A stretch of DNA of 64,000 bases from Oikopleura dioica (Eukaryota; Animalia; Chordata). The position numbers and the translations under genes were made by a program. Below are positions 1 through 11,828 of this stretch, one piece after another. The notes under the pieces are model-generated. The model was not told the origin of the DNA. It saw only the letters and a list, made by a program, of their open reading frames with translations, and searched no databases. Location of the stretch: the NCBI GenBank assembly GCA_907165135.1, contig OU015568.1, positions 8,804,001 to 8,868,000 on the forward strand, given 5' to 3'. How positions within the stretch are numbered: the stretch's first letter is position 1; the number at the start of each line of letters is the position of its first letter.

Positions 1-721
1 GATCAATTGCAAGATTTTCATATCCCGCTTTGGAGTTTAATCTAACTTGAGTCTGCCCCTTCTGCTCATCTCGATAGATATCCGCGAGTTCTAATCGTGA
101 GAAACCCGAAACAGTGACATCTTCTGGCAAAACGGTCGGAATGACGAGCAAGAATGAATATCCATCAGTCGCTTCTGCTGCAGTATTTTTGAAAAACAAG
201 TTGAACATGACAAAACTCGCATCACCCTCGGCATATCGTTGACCGTAGTTTCTGTTGAGCGTGGATTTCTGAGACGTTGATCCAACTTTCTTGTCCGGCT
301 TCAAGCAGCATCCGAACTCGGGGAACTTGTTTTGCTCTCCGCTTCCCCAGTTGCCGCCGTAAGTGTAGTGACAAGCATTATCAGCGTTGCACTGAAAATT
401 TTTAATTTGAAAAGCCAAAAAGACTCAAAAAATTCTCTCATAAAAAATCCTCTTTGATAACTGACCTTGCATTTAGCCCAATGGCTCCAAGACCTGGAGC
501 TTAATTCCCAGCCATTTTGGCACTTTACTTTGCACTGTTCATTATTCGCAATCGAACCCAAATGACAATCATTCAAAGTCGTTGCTTGTGCAATACTCTT
601 AAATCAAAGTTCCATCTCTATTTCAGACCCGCTCTAGTTTTACCGAATAAAAGGGATCGTCAGCCAAGGGCTCGCAATTCTGCGCAAAAGCGGCGGAAAC
701 AACTCCGGCGAGTAATCTCAT
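1..721 (-). CDS. Secreted cysteine-rich protein, probably continuing beyond the left edge (oikosin/extracellular candidate)
   Basis: Hand splicing gives MRLLAGVVSAAFA-QNCEPLADDPFYS | SIAQATTLNDCHLGSIANNEQCKVKCQNGW...WAKCK | CNADNACHYTYGGNWGSGEQNKFPEFGCCLKP...; signal-peptide-like start, GT-AG introns, long open frame with no family recognised. Confidence 0.55.
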
Positions 722-1311
722 CGGGGATCAACTGCTACTGACTTTCAAATTGGAGAGCTCTTTTTTCTGACAATCAAAATGCCCAGAGGCCGACAGGGGT
801 TAAAACATGCGCAGGTCAAAGAAAACGTCATCAAAGATTATTTTTTATGACAGGTGAGGAAAATAAATCCAGTTTTTTCGAATTAAAATTCTTGGTTCAA
901 ATTGGAACTTACTTGCGCAAGGGTTAAAAAGAGGATTGAAATCATCATCTTATTTCATTATTTTCTCGAAGAAGATAAATTTGTCGATGTTTTTTGGGAA
1001 AAAGCGGCGATTTGTATGTTTTGTTGAATTTGAAGGAAATCAGGAAATTGAAAAATACGGTAAAATCGATCGATTTTTCCTCAAATTCGTTTCGAAATGC
1101 TGATCGAGCTAGAACAACTTAGGTACACGTGAAAACCGGCCGCTCGGGCTCATTTCTAAACGATTAAACACGTTTGTGCAGCAGTTGCTAAGCGGATCCG
1201 GTCTTGAGCCTGATCCTCGTTAGCCGATATCATCCGCTTGATGTCACCATATTCTTTCATTTAAATCTTCATGCGGAAGTCATCTTCTACCATTTTGAAA
1301 GAGAGGAAAGG

Positions 1312-2275
1312 ATGAAGTTGTTTTTCTTCCTGGCGCTTTGCGTCGGACTTTTATCTGCTCAAAACGGGAGCGGGAAGGCGCAGAAGAAGTACAACAAGAA
1401 ACTTGAGCGAAAGAGAAGAAAGGGAGTTCCAGTTTCCGCCGAGGAAATTAAAGATCTTGAGAGACGATTCAATCTCGCCCCACGAGCAGAACAACCGACC
1501 CTCAGAGCATCGCAAGAAGAGATTGAATTCCAAGAAACGGCGAAGGAAGTTTTAGAGAGCATCCCAGATGAGTTCAAAAAGTTCGTCCAAACGGAGAAGA
1601 ACAGAGTCAGCACTGCAGGAAACACGGCCGCAAATCCTGAAAAGCTTCAGCATTGCTTCACGTGCTCAGGTTTTTATTAAACAAGGGAAAAGTTCTTGAG
1701 CGAGATTTTTCAGTAAACGTGGATGTAAACAGCGGAGAGGACCCCTGGACAAAGTGCATTCAGAGTGGTGCGATGTTGGAGTGCCGTGGGGACGAAAATT
1801 CATGCTTTACGATTGAAAGGCGACAGGCCGCGAAACCGTACATGGTTCAGATGGGATGCAAGCAGGTTACTTCTTGCTTGAATTCCGTTCCGTAAGTATT
1901 CCATTAAAAACCTATAAATTATAGCCTATAATTAAGAGCCATAATAGCAGAAACAAGTGAAGACTTTGTAAATTTTAAGGCAATACACTTGACGATAATA
2001 AAACGCAATTTATACCCTGATCCATAATTATTATTGCCGTATGAATGATTAAATAATTCTTGTCAACTTTAGTGCTGAAATTAATTTCTAGTGATTGGCG
2101 CTACAACGCCGGCGAATGTCACCCCAACTCCGGCGGCGGCTCCCGATGCGCCCACTGCTGCGACAACAGTGTCCCTAGCCCTACACGAGTCTGCAATCTC
2201 AATAAGTGGCAATCATTCAAACTCGGCGTGCAGCAGAATTGGAACGTTACTGAGACGTTTACCAAGCTCCCGTGA
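1312..2275 (+). CDS. Secreted protein with basic N-terminal region and C-terminal Cys-rich Ly6/uPAR-like (three-finger) domain
   Basis: Signal peptide MKLFFFLALCVGLLSA; spliced CFTCS|VNVD...C..C..C..C..C...C...CAHCCDNSVPSPTRVCN (12 Cys, CxxC start, CC...CN end); two GT-AG introns. Confidence 0.65.
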
Positions 2276-2438
2276 AAGGGGATTATTGCGTCAAACTTTT
2301 TGTTGAAAACTTTTTAACCGTAACATTTCGATTTTTTTACTAACAAGAAAAGAAACTTGATTCCATGCTTGAGCGCGCTGTACAATAAATTTCATTTACA
2401 AAAAAATAGCTTTGTTAGTTTCTCGTATATTTGAAATT

Positions 2439-2840
2439 TCAGCCAAGAACAAGAGCCCAGGAGCTGGCGAGGAATTCGTTGAGAGTGATCTTCCCGTCTT
2501 TGTTCTTGTCCATGTCGGTGAAGGCTTTCTGAAGATTTTTTTAACCTAGTGGAAGTAATGAGAACTTACATCGACCATGCCGTTGAGTTTTTCTTCAGTT
2601 AGTTCGACTCCAACTTTTTCGAAATTGGCTTTATTCGGGTCCTAATTTTTCAATCTACCGTTTTAAAACGGTAATACCGTTTTTCGACATTTTATTAAAA
2701 CTAGGTAGAAGATCAGTTTTGCACCCTTATTCTCTAACAATAATCTTCAGCTCATCCTTATCTAATGCTTGATCCTTGTCGCAGTCGATTTTCGCAAAAA
2801 GTTTCTTAACATTTTCTTCTAATCCGCACGGTAAACCCAT
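2439..2840 (-). CDS. Small two-EF-hand calcium-binding protein
   Basis: MGLPCGLEENVKKLFAKIDCDKDQALDKDELK ... KAFTDMDKNKDGKITLNEFLASSWALVLG*; two EF-hand loops; first intron boundary ambiguous. Confidence 0.75.
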
Positions 2841-3236
2841 CTTTACTGCGTTTGACGAAACTTAACTATGCTACCCCTGCTTATATAGATTTTGTTACGA
2901 CCCGCTGGCTTTTATGCTTTCCCGGAGCTCCTCAATCGTCAGTTTGTCGTCGCCATTTCGGTCGATTTTGAGAAACGACTTTCTCAGGGATGCAATTACG
3001 GACTCTGACTGGAAATATGACTTTTTAAATTGCATGTTTTCTTCCAAAAATAATTGAAGTTTTAAATGCCTCTTACCAGGTTTGTCGTCATCTCAATCTC
3101 AATTTTCTTTTTGAAAAAGATCCTCTCAAAACTGTTTTGCTATCCTTATCCCACTTTGAAAAGACTGACTTTATATTTGAGCTGGTTTATTATTCAAAAA
3201 CAGAATCACGCAGATGAATAAGATTTCTTTTACTTT

Positions 3237-4225
3237 TCAAACTTCAGTGCTGCCACCGGAAATCGGCACACCGATCTTTTTCATCTCCACTGCTGTTTCA
3301 CAAAGATAGTCGATGCATTCCGCTTGCGATTTCGCTTGTTGCCAGGTCGCTCCCCAGACGTAGATTCCGTGGCGGCGGACGATGACGGCATTGGATTCGG
3401 GGTAGTCGCGGATCGCCTTTGCCATAGATTCTTCCAGGTCTTTTTCGAAAAGCGTATTTTCGATTATCTACGGACTTTGTTCAAAACATCATCTTCAAGT
3501 TAACTTACAGGGATGACAACTTCCTCATCATACTTGTAGCTCACACCAGTATTGCCCTTTTTAATGCCTTCGTAAGAGTTTTTAGCTCATGTTTCTTTGT
3601 CTATCAATTTGCTGAGCTTGAACTCTTTCCTTTGATCATTTCAATGTGGCTGATTCTAAACTCGTTTCCGAATATCAAAGACGCTAGAATCAAAATTCAA
3701 AGCTGAGACTGAATCAAACTCGCTCACCCAAGACAACTTTAGAAGAATGGGAATGCATCACCGCCCCTGCATTTCTGATATTGTACGCGTTCATGAAAAG
3801 TGGAGTGCACTCGCTAGGAAGAGTGAGAAAAGAACAAGAGGGGTAAATGAATACCTGAGCTTGAGCTTTTCATCACAGGGCTTTTCAAACTTAGATCCGG
3901 CCATGTCGGTCATAAAAAGATCTTGAGGTCGGATACGCTCTTTTTGAACCCCTTTCGATGGTCATTTTTAAAGTTTTCTTAAGAAACTTTCTTCAAAAAA
4001 ATTTCGACCACCTGCCTGAGGGCGCTATGTAAATATCATCATCATCACGGATGGAGATCCCGCCACCCGTTCCAGTCGCCCAGCCGAGGTTGTAAAAGTG
4101 ACGGCATAATTCTTTCGAGAATCATTAACCTTGGTATTAAATGAGTATCTACCTGGAATCAAGTTCTTTGGATGGTCATTCGGGAACGATGGATCAAATT
4201 GCTCATCGACGAGTTTTCTCGACAT
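3237..4225 (-). CDS. APIP: Methylthioribulose-1-phosphate dehydratase (methionine salvage)
   Basis: HPKNLIP|[21 protein letters not shown]...IYIAPS|GVQKERI; [11 protein letters not shown]...AGAVMHSHS; [20 protein letters not shown]. Confidence 0.93.
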
Positions 4226-4464
4226 TTTTTCACAAAAATCCTTTTTAAGAAATTCTCTGAGAACGTAAACAGAATCGACTAACGAGCAAATATTACTCAA
4301 TTCTGCGTGAGACACAAGATCGCCAATCAACGTGTACCACGTAGTCTTTTTTACCGGTTGATTTATTTTACTTGAACAGGAAGAGTTTGCCGAACAACCG
4401 AAAATTGATCGATATGAATTTAAGACTGACATTGTCAATTGGTGTTTCTTCGTTATAATTTCAA

Positions 4465-5134
4465 TTAAAGCACTCCGCAATCTATGATTTCCACAAGCCT
4501 AGTGCACGACCCAGATTGCGTTCCAGCTTTTTCCATGAGTCGCACAACATCCATGCCGCTCTTCACCTCACCGAAGACGACGTGTCTATCGTCCAACCAG
4601 TCGGTCTTCAATTTGTCTTGCAAAAGTTATGCTGGCATACATACCTTGTCGAGGCTGATGAAGAATTGAGAGCTGTTGGTATCTGGACCCGCATTCGCCA
4701 TAGAAAGGACTCCAGGTCCGATATGCTTGAGGTCAAAGTTTTCATCCTTGAATTTCGTTCCGTAGATGCATTTACCGCCAGTTCCATCTCCCTGAAAGAT
4801 GATCACAGAACTCCTTTTTGAACAACGAACCTTTGTAATATCGCCGCCTTGAACCATGAAGCCAGGAATGATTCGATGAAATTTCGAGCCCTTGAACGTC
4901 AGTCCTTTTCAGGGGTCACATTTTTAGGCTTTCTTAGCAACAGATCGTCCTCAAACCCTTGCCTTTCTCTCCCAAGCAAAGCGCTCTGAAACTCCTGCAA
5001 GTTTTCGGCACAATATCATCCCGGAGCTTTATCTCTATGATTCCAGCCGGAATCTCATCAATCGTAATATCCAGGTAGACATCCCTATGCTCGCTGGACG
5101 CGCTATTCGTCAAAACGCTCGACTTTCCTCCCAT
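4465..5134 (-). CDS. Cyclophilin-type peptidyl-prolyl cis-trans isomerase
   Basis: VYLDITI...[17 protein letters not shown]|[24 protein letters not shown]|[11 protein letters not shown]...[22 protein letters not shown]|[14 protein letters not shown]. Confidence 0.95.
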
Positions 5135-5693
5135 CAAACCTCTCTCTTTATCTCAAGCCCGCGAGTTAAAAGTAAAGGGCATATATAATTTGTCGTCAAT
5201 TTTTACGTGCTCAGCGCTCAAAAATCAATTGCGAAGAAATTAACGAACGAATTCTCAGCTTTTGTAAAATCACATAAATCTGCTGACCTCCTTTATGCAT
5301 CTGTAAACACTCAAATACTGTTAGTAATCACTCAAACATGTAAAAATGAGAGTAACGACACCTTTTTTATTTTTATCAAAAAAGATTTATTTACGAAAAG
5401 AAGGAGTTTAATAAGTTTTGAGAGTGAACACATACCGCTACTTGTTCTAGTTGCAAACAAATATATACTGTACTGTTACAGAGGCAGATAACTGATTGGT
5501 TTTTGCTTTTTGTGTGTGAAAAAATATGAATGATGCTCGACGAAAGTGAGTTTTACATAAAATTTATAGAAAGGTACGACTTTGAATGATGATGATGAAT
5601 TCTTTGTTGGTTGACTGGTTTTTTAGTAAGAACACTTTGATAATTCTTGAAGTTTAAGTTAGAAGACTCTTCGGAATAGATCTCGATTTTTGA

Positions 5694-6829
5694 TCATGGA
5701 CTTCTTCGGACGAGTAGGGTAAAAACAGAAAGTGAAAGGGCAGCGATGGCGATGTAAGTAGCGATTTGCTTCTGCTCGATTAGCGACGAGTTGAGTCTCT
5801 CTAGCTTTGTGATTCGCCTGTTCACCTTGAACATTTGGTGCCTCAGCTTTTCCACCTCGCTCATTTGATCGAAGAACGACGAGTCCATCACTTGACTGTT
5901 TTCGGAAAGGAAGACGTCGCCATCCGAAGCGGGCTCGATGCCTCCCTCCATGGGAAGGTTTTCTTTCAGCTGCAGCATTGATTTATCGACGAGTTGCCTG
6001 GCCGATGGTGCTGGGTCGCCCGGCCCCTGAACATTTCTTTGTTCTCAAGTTAATCAGCAATTAGCTGATTGATAATTAGGGATTTGTGTTTTCATGCGCT
6101 GCTGGATTCTCCTTTATAAAATTGTAAAATAGAGTTTTTATTTGATAATCAAATTTTAAAAATCGATATTTGCGAGGAAATCAACTAGGTGAATCCACTG
6201 GATTCAATCAAGAATCCTTGTTATATTTATTTTTTTCATATTTTTAGCTATGGCCACTGCGCCAGCAATATACTGCAGACTTATGAAAACAGAAGAGCAT
6301 TTAAAAATTTCTTACATTATTTCTTCTTTCATTAAAATTCTTCGCCGCTAGAATGTTTCTTTGGACAAATTTTTCATATCTGTCTTTCTCAAGTCCCTCT
6401 CTCATTTTTATCCTCATTTCAATATTTTCGGTCTGATAAATTTAGGCCAGGAAAAAATCTAAATTTATGGCTTTATCTTATCACCCGATCGACCCCTCTA
6501 GCGCGCTACTTTTTCAGGTCAAATAAAGGATCAATCCTTTTTGTCGCTTTTTGTTGAAAAATGGTTCAATCCCGCAGCGTGGAATCAAACAAACAAATAT
6601 AATAAACCTTTGAGTTGCGCAGATTCCAACAGGAGCTGTCGTCGAGCTTTAGTGTTGTAGGCGGAGTACGTAGGATAATCTTTTCGAAGGGCTTCTTTTC
6701 ATGCACTGGAGAATCGTCACTGTCAAATCCCTGTAGCGAAATGCAGCTTGGGACGCGCATCGCAGCTTGGATTGTTTCTGAGTACTTTTTCCCATCGGCT
6801 AAAGCCCGCAAATCCGATGGAGAGTCCAT
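5694..6829 (-). CDS. MFF: Mitochondrial fission factor homolog (tail-anchored)
   Basis: N-terminal MRVP repeat and LRTPPTTLKL motif (cf. MFF MRVPE / KTPPRVLTL), coiled coil EVEKLRHQMFKVNRRITKLE, C-terminal TM IAIAALSLSVFTLLV. Confidence 0.75.
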
Positions 6830-7082
6830 TTTCTAAAACATTGGGTTTAAAAATAAGAAATTTTAAATGAATATATTGCCATAATAATTTAAATAGGGAA
6901 CACGCATGATTCTCCGTTCGGATGGTTTCAAATTTGAAGGATTTCGTTTTCTTCTGTTCATAAATCTAGCTAAACGAGGGAGAATCAAGGTGAATTGCTA
7001 TTTGATTGAAGAAATCGGACAGTGTGTGACAAGAAAAATGAAGATATTGCACAAATATTGTTAAATAATTAGAAGACGCATC

Positions 7083-9854
7083 TTAGAGGCGATTTTTAAT
7101 AAGTCTTTCTAGTTTTCTCAAGCTGTATTGCTCCGTATCCTCTGCCGTGGTCACATTTCCTCTGTATTTTTCTAGCAGCGAAGTCGCTTCGGATCGCCGA
7201 AGATCTTTCATGTCAATAATCCTCTTGAACGTATCAGCATCGCCGTCAGGAAGAAGCGTTTTGAAATTTTGAATGAATTGCGTTGGGTCGTTGTGGTCGT
7301 TCATTGCCACTTTGAGGATGTTTTCTGCGTGACACATTTTTGAACTCACGGTCTGAGGAAAACGGTAAGCAGAGTTCAGAGAGGGGGCCAGACAAAGGTA
7401 CCTTTGTGTAGGAAAGTGGCGGCTTGCGAGTGATTGAAGAACCAATGGAAGGCAAGTTGAGCAGCGCGGAATGAAGAACTTGTGTATCAATAAGTAATTG
7501 TTGCGCGGGGATGGTGGAGATTGGCTTGCATTTGAACAGCGTTGATGTAAATCTGCCGATGAAGGAGCTAGGATTCAAAGATTAAGACCTGCTCTTAGTC
7601 CAAATAATCAGGGAGCTTACCTGGCAAATTTGATGCAGAACTGAGTAAAATATTTCCTCGCATTTGCAAGTAAATCTCTTATGTACGGAATTTGCTCTTC
7701 CAGATGCTTCAAAATCGCAGTTACATAAGCAGATTGATCTAAATTTTCATGCTCAACGGAAGCGTTACGTAACTAAAGCTACTTACCAGCTACATTGTGG
7801 AAGGCGGCCCAGTTTGTTTTCAAAAGAGCTTGGAAAGCGGGTCCGCAAGCTCCTTCGGTGTCTTGAACGAGGAGGCCGATGCTGGTTTTGATGACGTCGG
7901 AAAAGAGGTCTTTTTCGGGAGAGAAGTCTGAAAGAGGCAATTTGACGATGGCAGCAAGTAGAAATATTTTACCGATTCTCTCTTTGAACTCAGGACTGGC
8001 CTTCTCAATGAGCTTATCTTCCAGTGCTGAGATCGTGTCTATGCAATAATCCGCCGAGTTGAGCAAGAGACAAGTCAGAGCCAAATCATGCCGCGTTAAT
8101 CTCGTCGCCGACTCTTCTTTCAGTAACGCAGTCATTTGGGATAACGCTGACTGAAAGAAAAGAAAATATCCATCCGTGTCCTTAACTCATTTTCTTACCT
8201 GAGCAGCGTTGGTAGTTTTGGTGTTGATTGGTAAATTATTCATAAGTACGTTGTTTCCGTAGTTTCTCAAATGCGCGGCGAAGATCTTGGAAAGATTCAA
8301 AAGTGGCTCTCCTGTCGACAACTGGCTGCATTGAACCAAGCATTTCTTGTAGTAAACAAACAGATCAGCGCAGCTAGGGAGGACTTCGCAAGTCTGGCTA
8401 GATTCTATAGCAAAATCAGTAACAAATCGCTGCACAAGTTCCTTCAACGAACGGTCTTGAGCATTGACGTAGATTGACAAATAATTCGAAAACGCGCACG
8501 TGACCATTCTAGAGAAGGGACTCTCCTTCTTCGCTAGTTTCTCGTCGAGCTTCGTTTCGCTGAGTTCTGATTGACTACCGCTTTCGGATCCAAAATCGTT
8601 CTCAAAAGGATTTGTTGATTCTTTCGGCCCCTCATGCTCGGGTTTCGTTTGATTGCCGGTGATTGTAATGCCACTGTATCTCTTCGCAAGTTGCTCTTCG
8701 AACATCCTCGATCGCTGGATCGCGAAGAGAAGAAGTTTTACGTCGAGTTCGTGATGTCTTTGTTCCAAAACGCTCGACATCATTTCTACCGTCAATTTGC
8801 AAAAAGCAACCGCTACTCGTTCCGAAATCTCCCATGAAGCGGGGAAGATTTCTCCGAATCTTCCTTCTACGTCCATCAGCGCTTTTTTCGCCCAAGCAAA
8901 TCTCCTGTCAATCTTGTCAAACCAAGCCACTTCCTGGCTCGAGTCAAATAGCAACTTGTACTCGGACAGTCGCGACACAATAAAACTGCTAATAACTTCA
9001 TTCCTCACTGTAACATCAAGACAATCGGCGACTTGACATGCCGACTTGACATTTTGAATATCGAGCTTTTCTTTTGACGAAATGGCGAAGGCTTGAGAGA
9101 AGTCCTTGGTGACGAATGTTGAGAGATCGGTGCGGATTTTTGCCATGCGCTGAGTGACGATTTGAATCTCCTCGACGGAGTCTTTGTAAACGTCTAAATG
9201 CTCAATAACGTTCGAAACACCAGGTAAAAGCGTCGCGACAAGGCCATAATCCCTTGCCGTCGTCGCTTTCTCCAAATTTTCAACTCCATCAAGCACGATG
9301 TGTAAATGGTTCAACGTAGTAATCGAAGCGGTGAGATTTCTTTTGGCTTGGTCGAGTTGTCTGATGTCACGGGTGATTTCGGAGACCATTCTTTCCGATT
9401 CTTCAGCTCTGGTTTTGATCTCCATGATTGAGGAGACGAGTTTTTGGAGGTCGACTTGGGCTTCGTCGAGCATTTGAGCGGATTGTTTTCCGTCTTGGTG
9501 GCCTTCGCGGATGAGATTTGAGACTTCACCTGTTTTCTGGTTCAAAAATTTGGCCATTTCCTATTGGAATTCAACGAATTTCGCGACTCTCATGCTACGA
9601 GGCAGGCCCAATTCGCCCCCAGCCGCGTGAAAATCAAATAATTTCTTTCATTATTATTGAACCGCTCCTTCATGATGCTCTATCCTTTCACTCAACTCTA
9701 AAATCACTTCATCCAAGTTACTCAAGCTCTGCTCATTAGGAAACATCGCATTTATATATTGAGTAACGTCAAAATCGACAGAATCGAGAGGATCGTCCGA
9801 CGGGAACATCTTCGCCAGTGCTTCTACCACTGCTGGATTTTCGGTTTCCGACAT
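7083..9854 (-). CDS. VPS53: GARP/EARP complex subunit VPS53
   Basis: [32 protein letters not shown]; [26 protein letters not shown]; [28 protein letters not shown]; C-terminal [16 protein letters not shown]. Confidence 0.95.
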
Positions 9855-10147
9855 TTTCTCTGCTATAATATTTGCAAATAGGTGGATAGGGTGTTTCTTC
9901 AGGGGTAAAACTGGTTTTCCAGCAGCGCGAATTTGTATTGGCCGAGAGGCGAAACGCTCCGCCACTGAGTGAAAAGAAGCAAAAGTCATAAAGAAGTCTC
10001 CAGAGAGAAAATTAAGAATATTTTCAAAAGAGAGTAGAACTTGGAATAAAATGATTATCAACAAATCGTAAATTCTATAATTTCTTGTCAGCATGAAACT
10101 TTCAAGCACAATTTTATTTGACAGCTTGTTGATCATTTTTAATCTCT

Positions 10148-11693
10148 TCAGATTTTCTTATTATCTCGTCTAAAGATTTTAATTCTAAACAACTTTTTCT
10201 GAACGAAATCATTACCAATATCAAATCTTCTTTTGAATTTCCATTTCGGTGAAATCGTCCTTCTTTTCTTCCGATGTTTTCTGTACAAAAATACGCCCGT
10301 CAAACCGATCAAAATTACGCTGTCAATGGATCTGAGGTGGGTTTCGGAATTGGTTGGGAAATCTTGCTCCGGCTGTAGCTCCGGACTTATTTGATAAACC
10401 CCCATCGTTTAACACATGTATCGAAAGAGCTTTTCGAGCTCTACAAACTCTGCATTGGAATTTTCAATATCTCTAGAAATTCCCGGTTTTTCTTTACCGG
10501 TTTTAATCTAAATTATCGGTTTTTCACCAAAATTATGAATCAGATTCTTTTCTATCTCCCTCAGATTGATTAACTCTGCATTTGAATGCCCAATCATCCA
10601 AAAATTACCGGTTTTCAGGCGTTTGAAATGTTGAAATCAACTCTAAATTCATGCCCGGTGCTGTTCAATTTTCAAAAAATGCAACCCAGTTTTGAAGGAA
10701 AAACTCCGATAAAACTGATAATTTTTCATATATTGGGAATTCCAATGCAGAGTTGCTAGATCTTTAAAAGCTCTATCCATACATGTATGACACAATGGGT
10801 TTATATTTTCAAGACCAGAGAGAGCGGGAGCAAGATTTCCCAACCAATTCCGAAACCCACCTGAGCTGTTTTATGATTAATTACTAATAATTTCATAAAA
10901 CGCCAAATTGTGTTTCTCCGACCCTGATTCCTGATTGACAGTAAAAGCGCCAGAATCAGTCCTCCCGCCTTTGATTTATTATTCATCGCCACAGGGGGTG
11001 CTATTTTTACGGGACAGTTTTCGGCCAGTTCGTCGGTTTCTTCGCCCGGGCATTGATTTTTCCCGTCGCAGAGGAAATCCTCGTGAATACATTTTCCCGA
11101 ATCACAAGAGAACAAACCTTCGTGGCATTTATGATCTGCGCCTGACAGCTCGTCTGAAAGAACAATCAACTGTAAGTGACTGTATTTAGCTTTGAAAGCT
11201 CACATGCTGTAAGTTGAAATTGAGCATCAATTAGGGGAGTATCATCAGTCTTCAATCTTATGAGGATTTTATCAGAAGGGAGGATGAGGAGCTGCCCGTC
11301 GTTTTTATCCGTGCAGAGTTTTGGAGTTGCAGAAGGTCCAGAAACCTGCGTTCCGAGGTGAAAACGGACGAAGCTTCCGCACTCTTGTTCTCCAGAGATC
11401 GAAATGATTTTCAGCATGAACATTGCGCTCTCAGATGGAGCGATTATTCCCACTAGAATTTTTCGTTAGTCTTTAGACTAGGTCTTTGGCAGACCTCCTA
11501 CCCTAACGAGTGTCAAATTTTAATGAGAGGCGCTCACTGACAGCGCTCATTACACCTCAATCTTAGAGCGTTTCTTACCTTGGCAATCGATATTTTTCTC
11601 GTCAAAGAAATACATCCCAGAATCATTATGAGATCTGAACTCTTCTCCCCAAGTTATCAAGCTCTCTCCATTGAGCCCCGACAAATCTAGCAT
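10148..11693 (-). CDS. Single-pass membrane protein with CUB-like and LDL-receptor class A domains (NETO-like architecture)
   Basis: CUB-like exon (NIDCQ|VGIIAP...ECGSFVRF...KLC...), LDLa CHEGLFSCDSGKCIHEDFLCDGKNQCPGEETDELAENC, TM AGGLILALLLSI|SVILIGLTGVFLY then RKHRKKRR; no signal peptide found, so the 5' end is uncertain. Confidence 0.7.
10333..10864. mobile_element. Hairpin/MITE-like element with ~150-bp imperfect terminal inverted repeats inside an intron
   Basis: 36-bp perfect inverted match 10335-10370 vs 10827-10862, extending inward with mismatches (acatgtat.ga.agagctttt...actctgcattggaatt..caatat); no clear TSD. Confidence 0.7.
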
Positions 11694-11828
11694 CTAACTT
11701 TTTTTCTTCGTGTGTGTAAGTTTCAACTCCTTATTCGAACATTGAAATTGGGGAGGAATCGACCCAGCGGGGGATGGGTTTATATCTTTTGTTCTGGGTG
11801 GGAAATTAAAGCTATAAAATTGTTAAGA

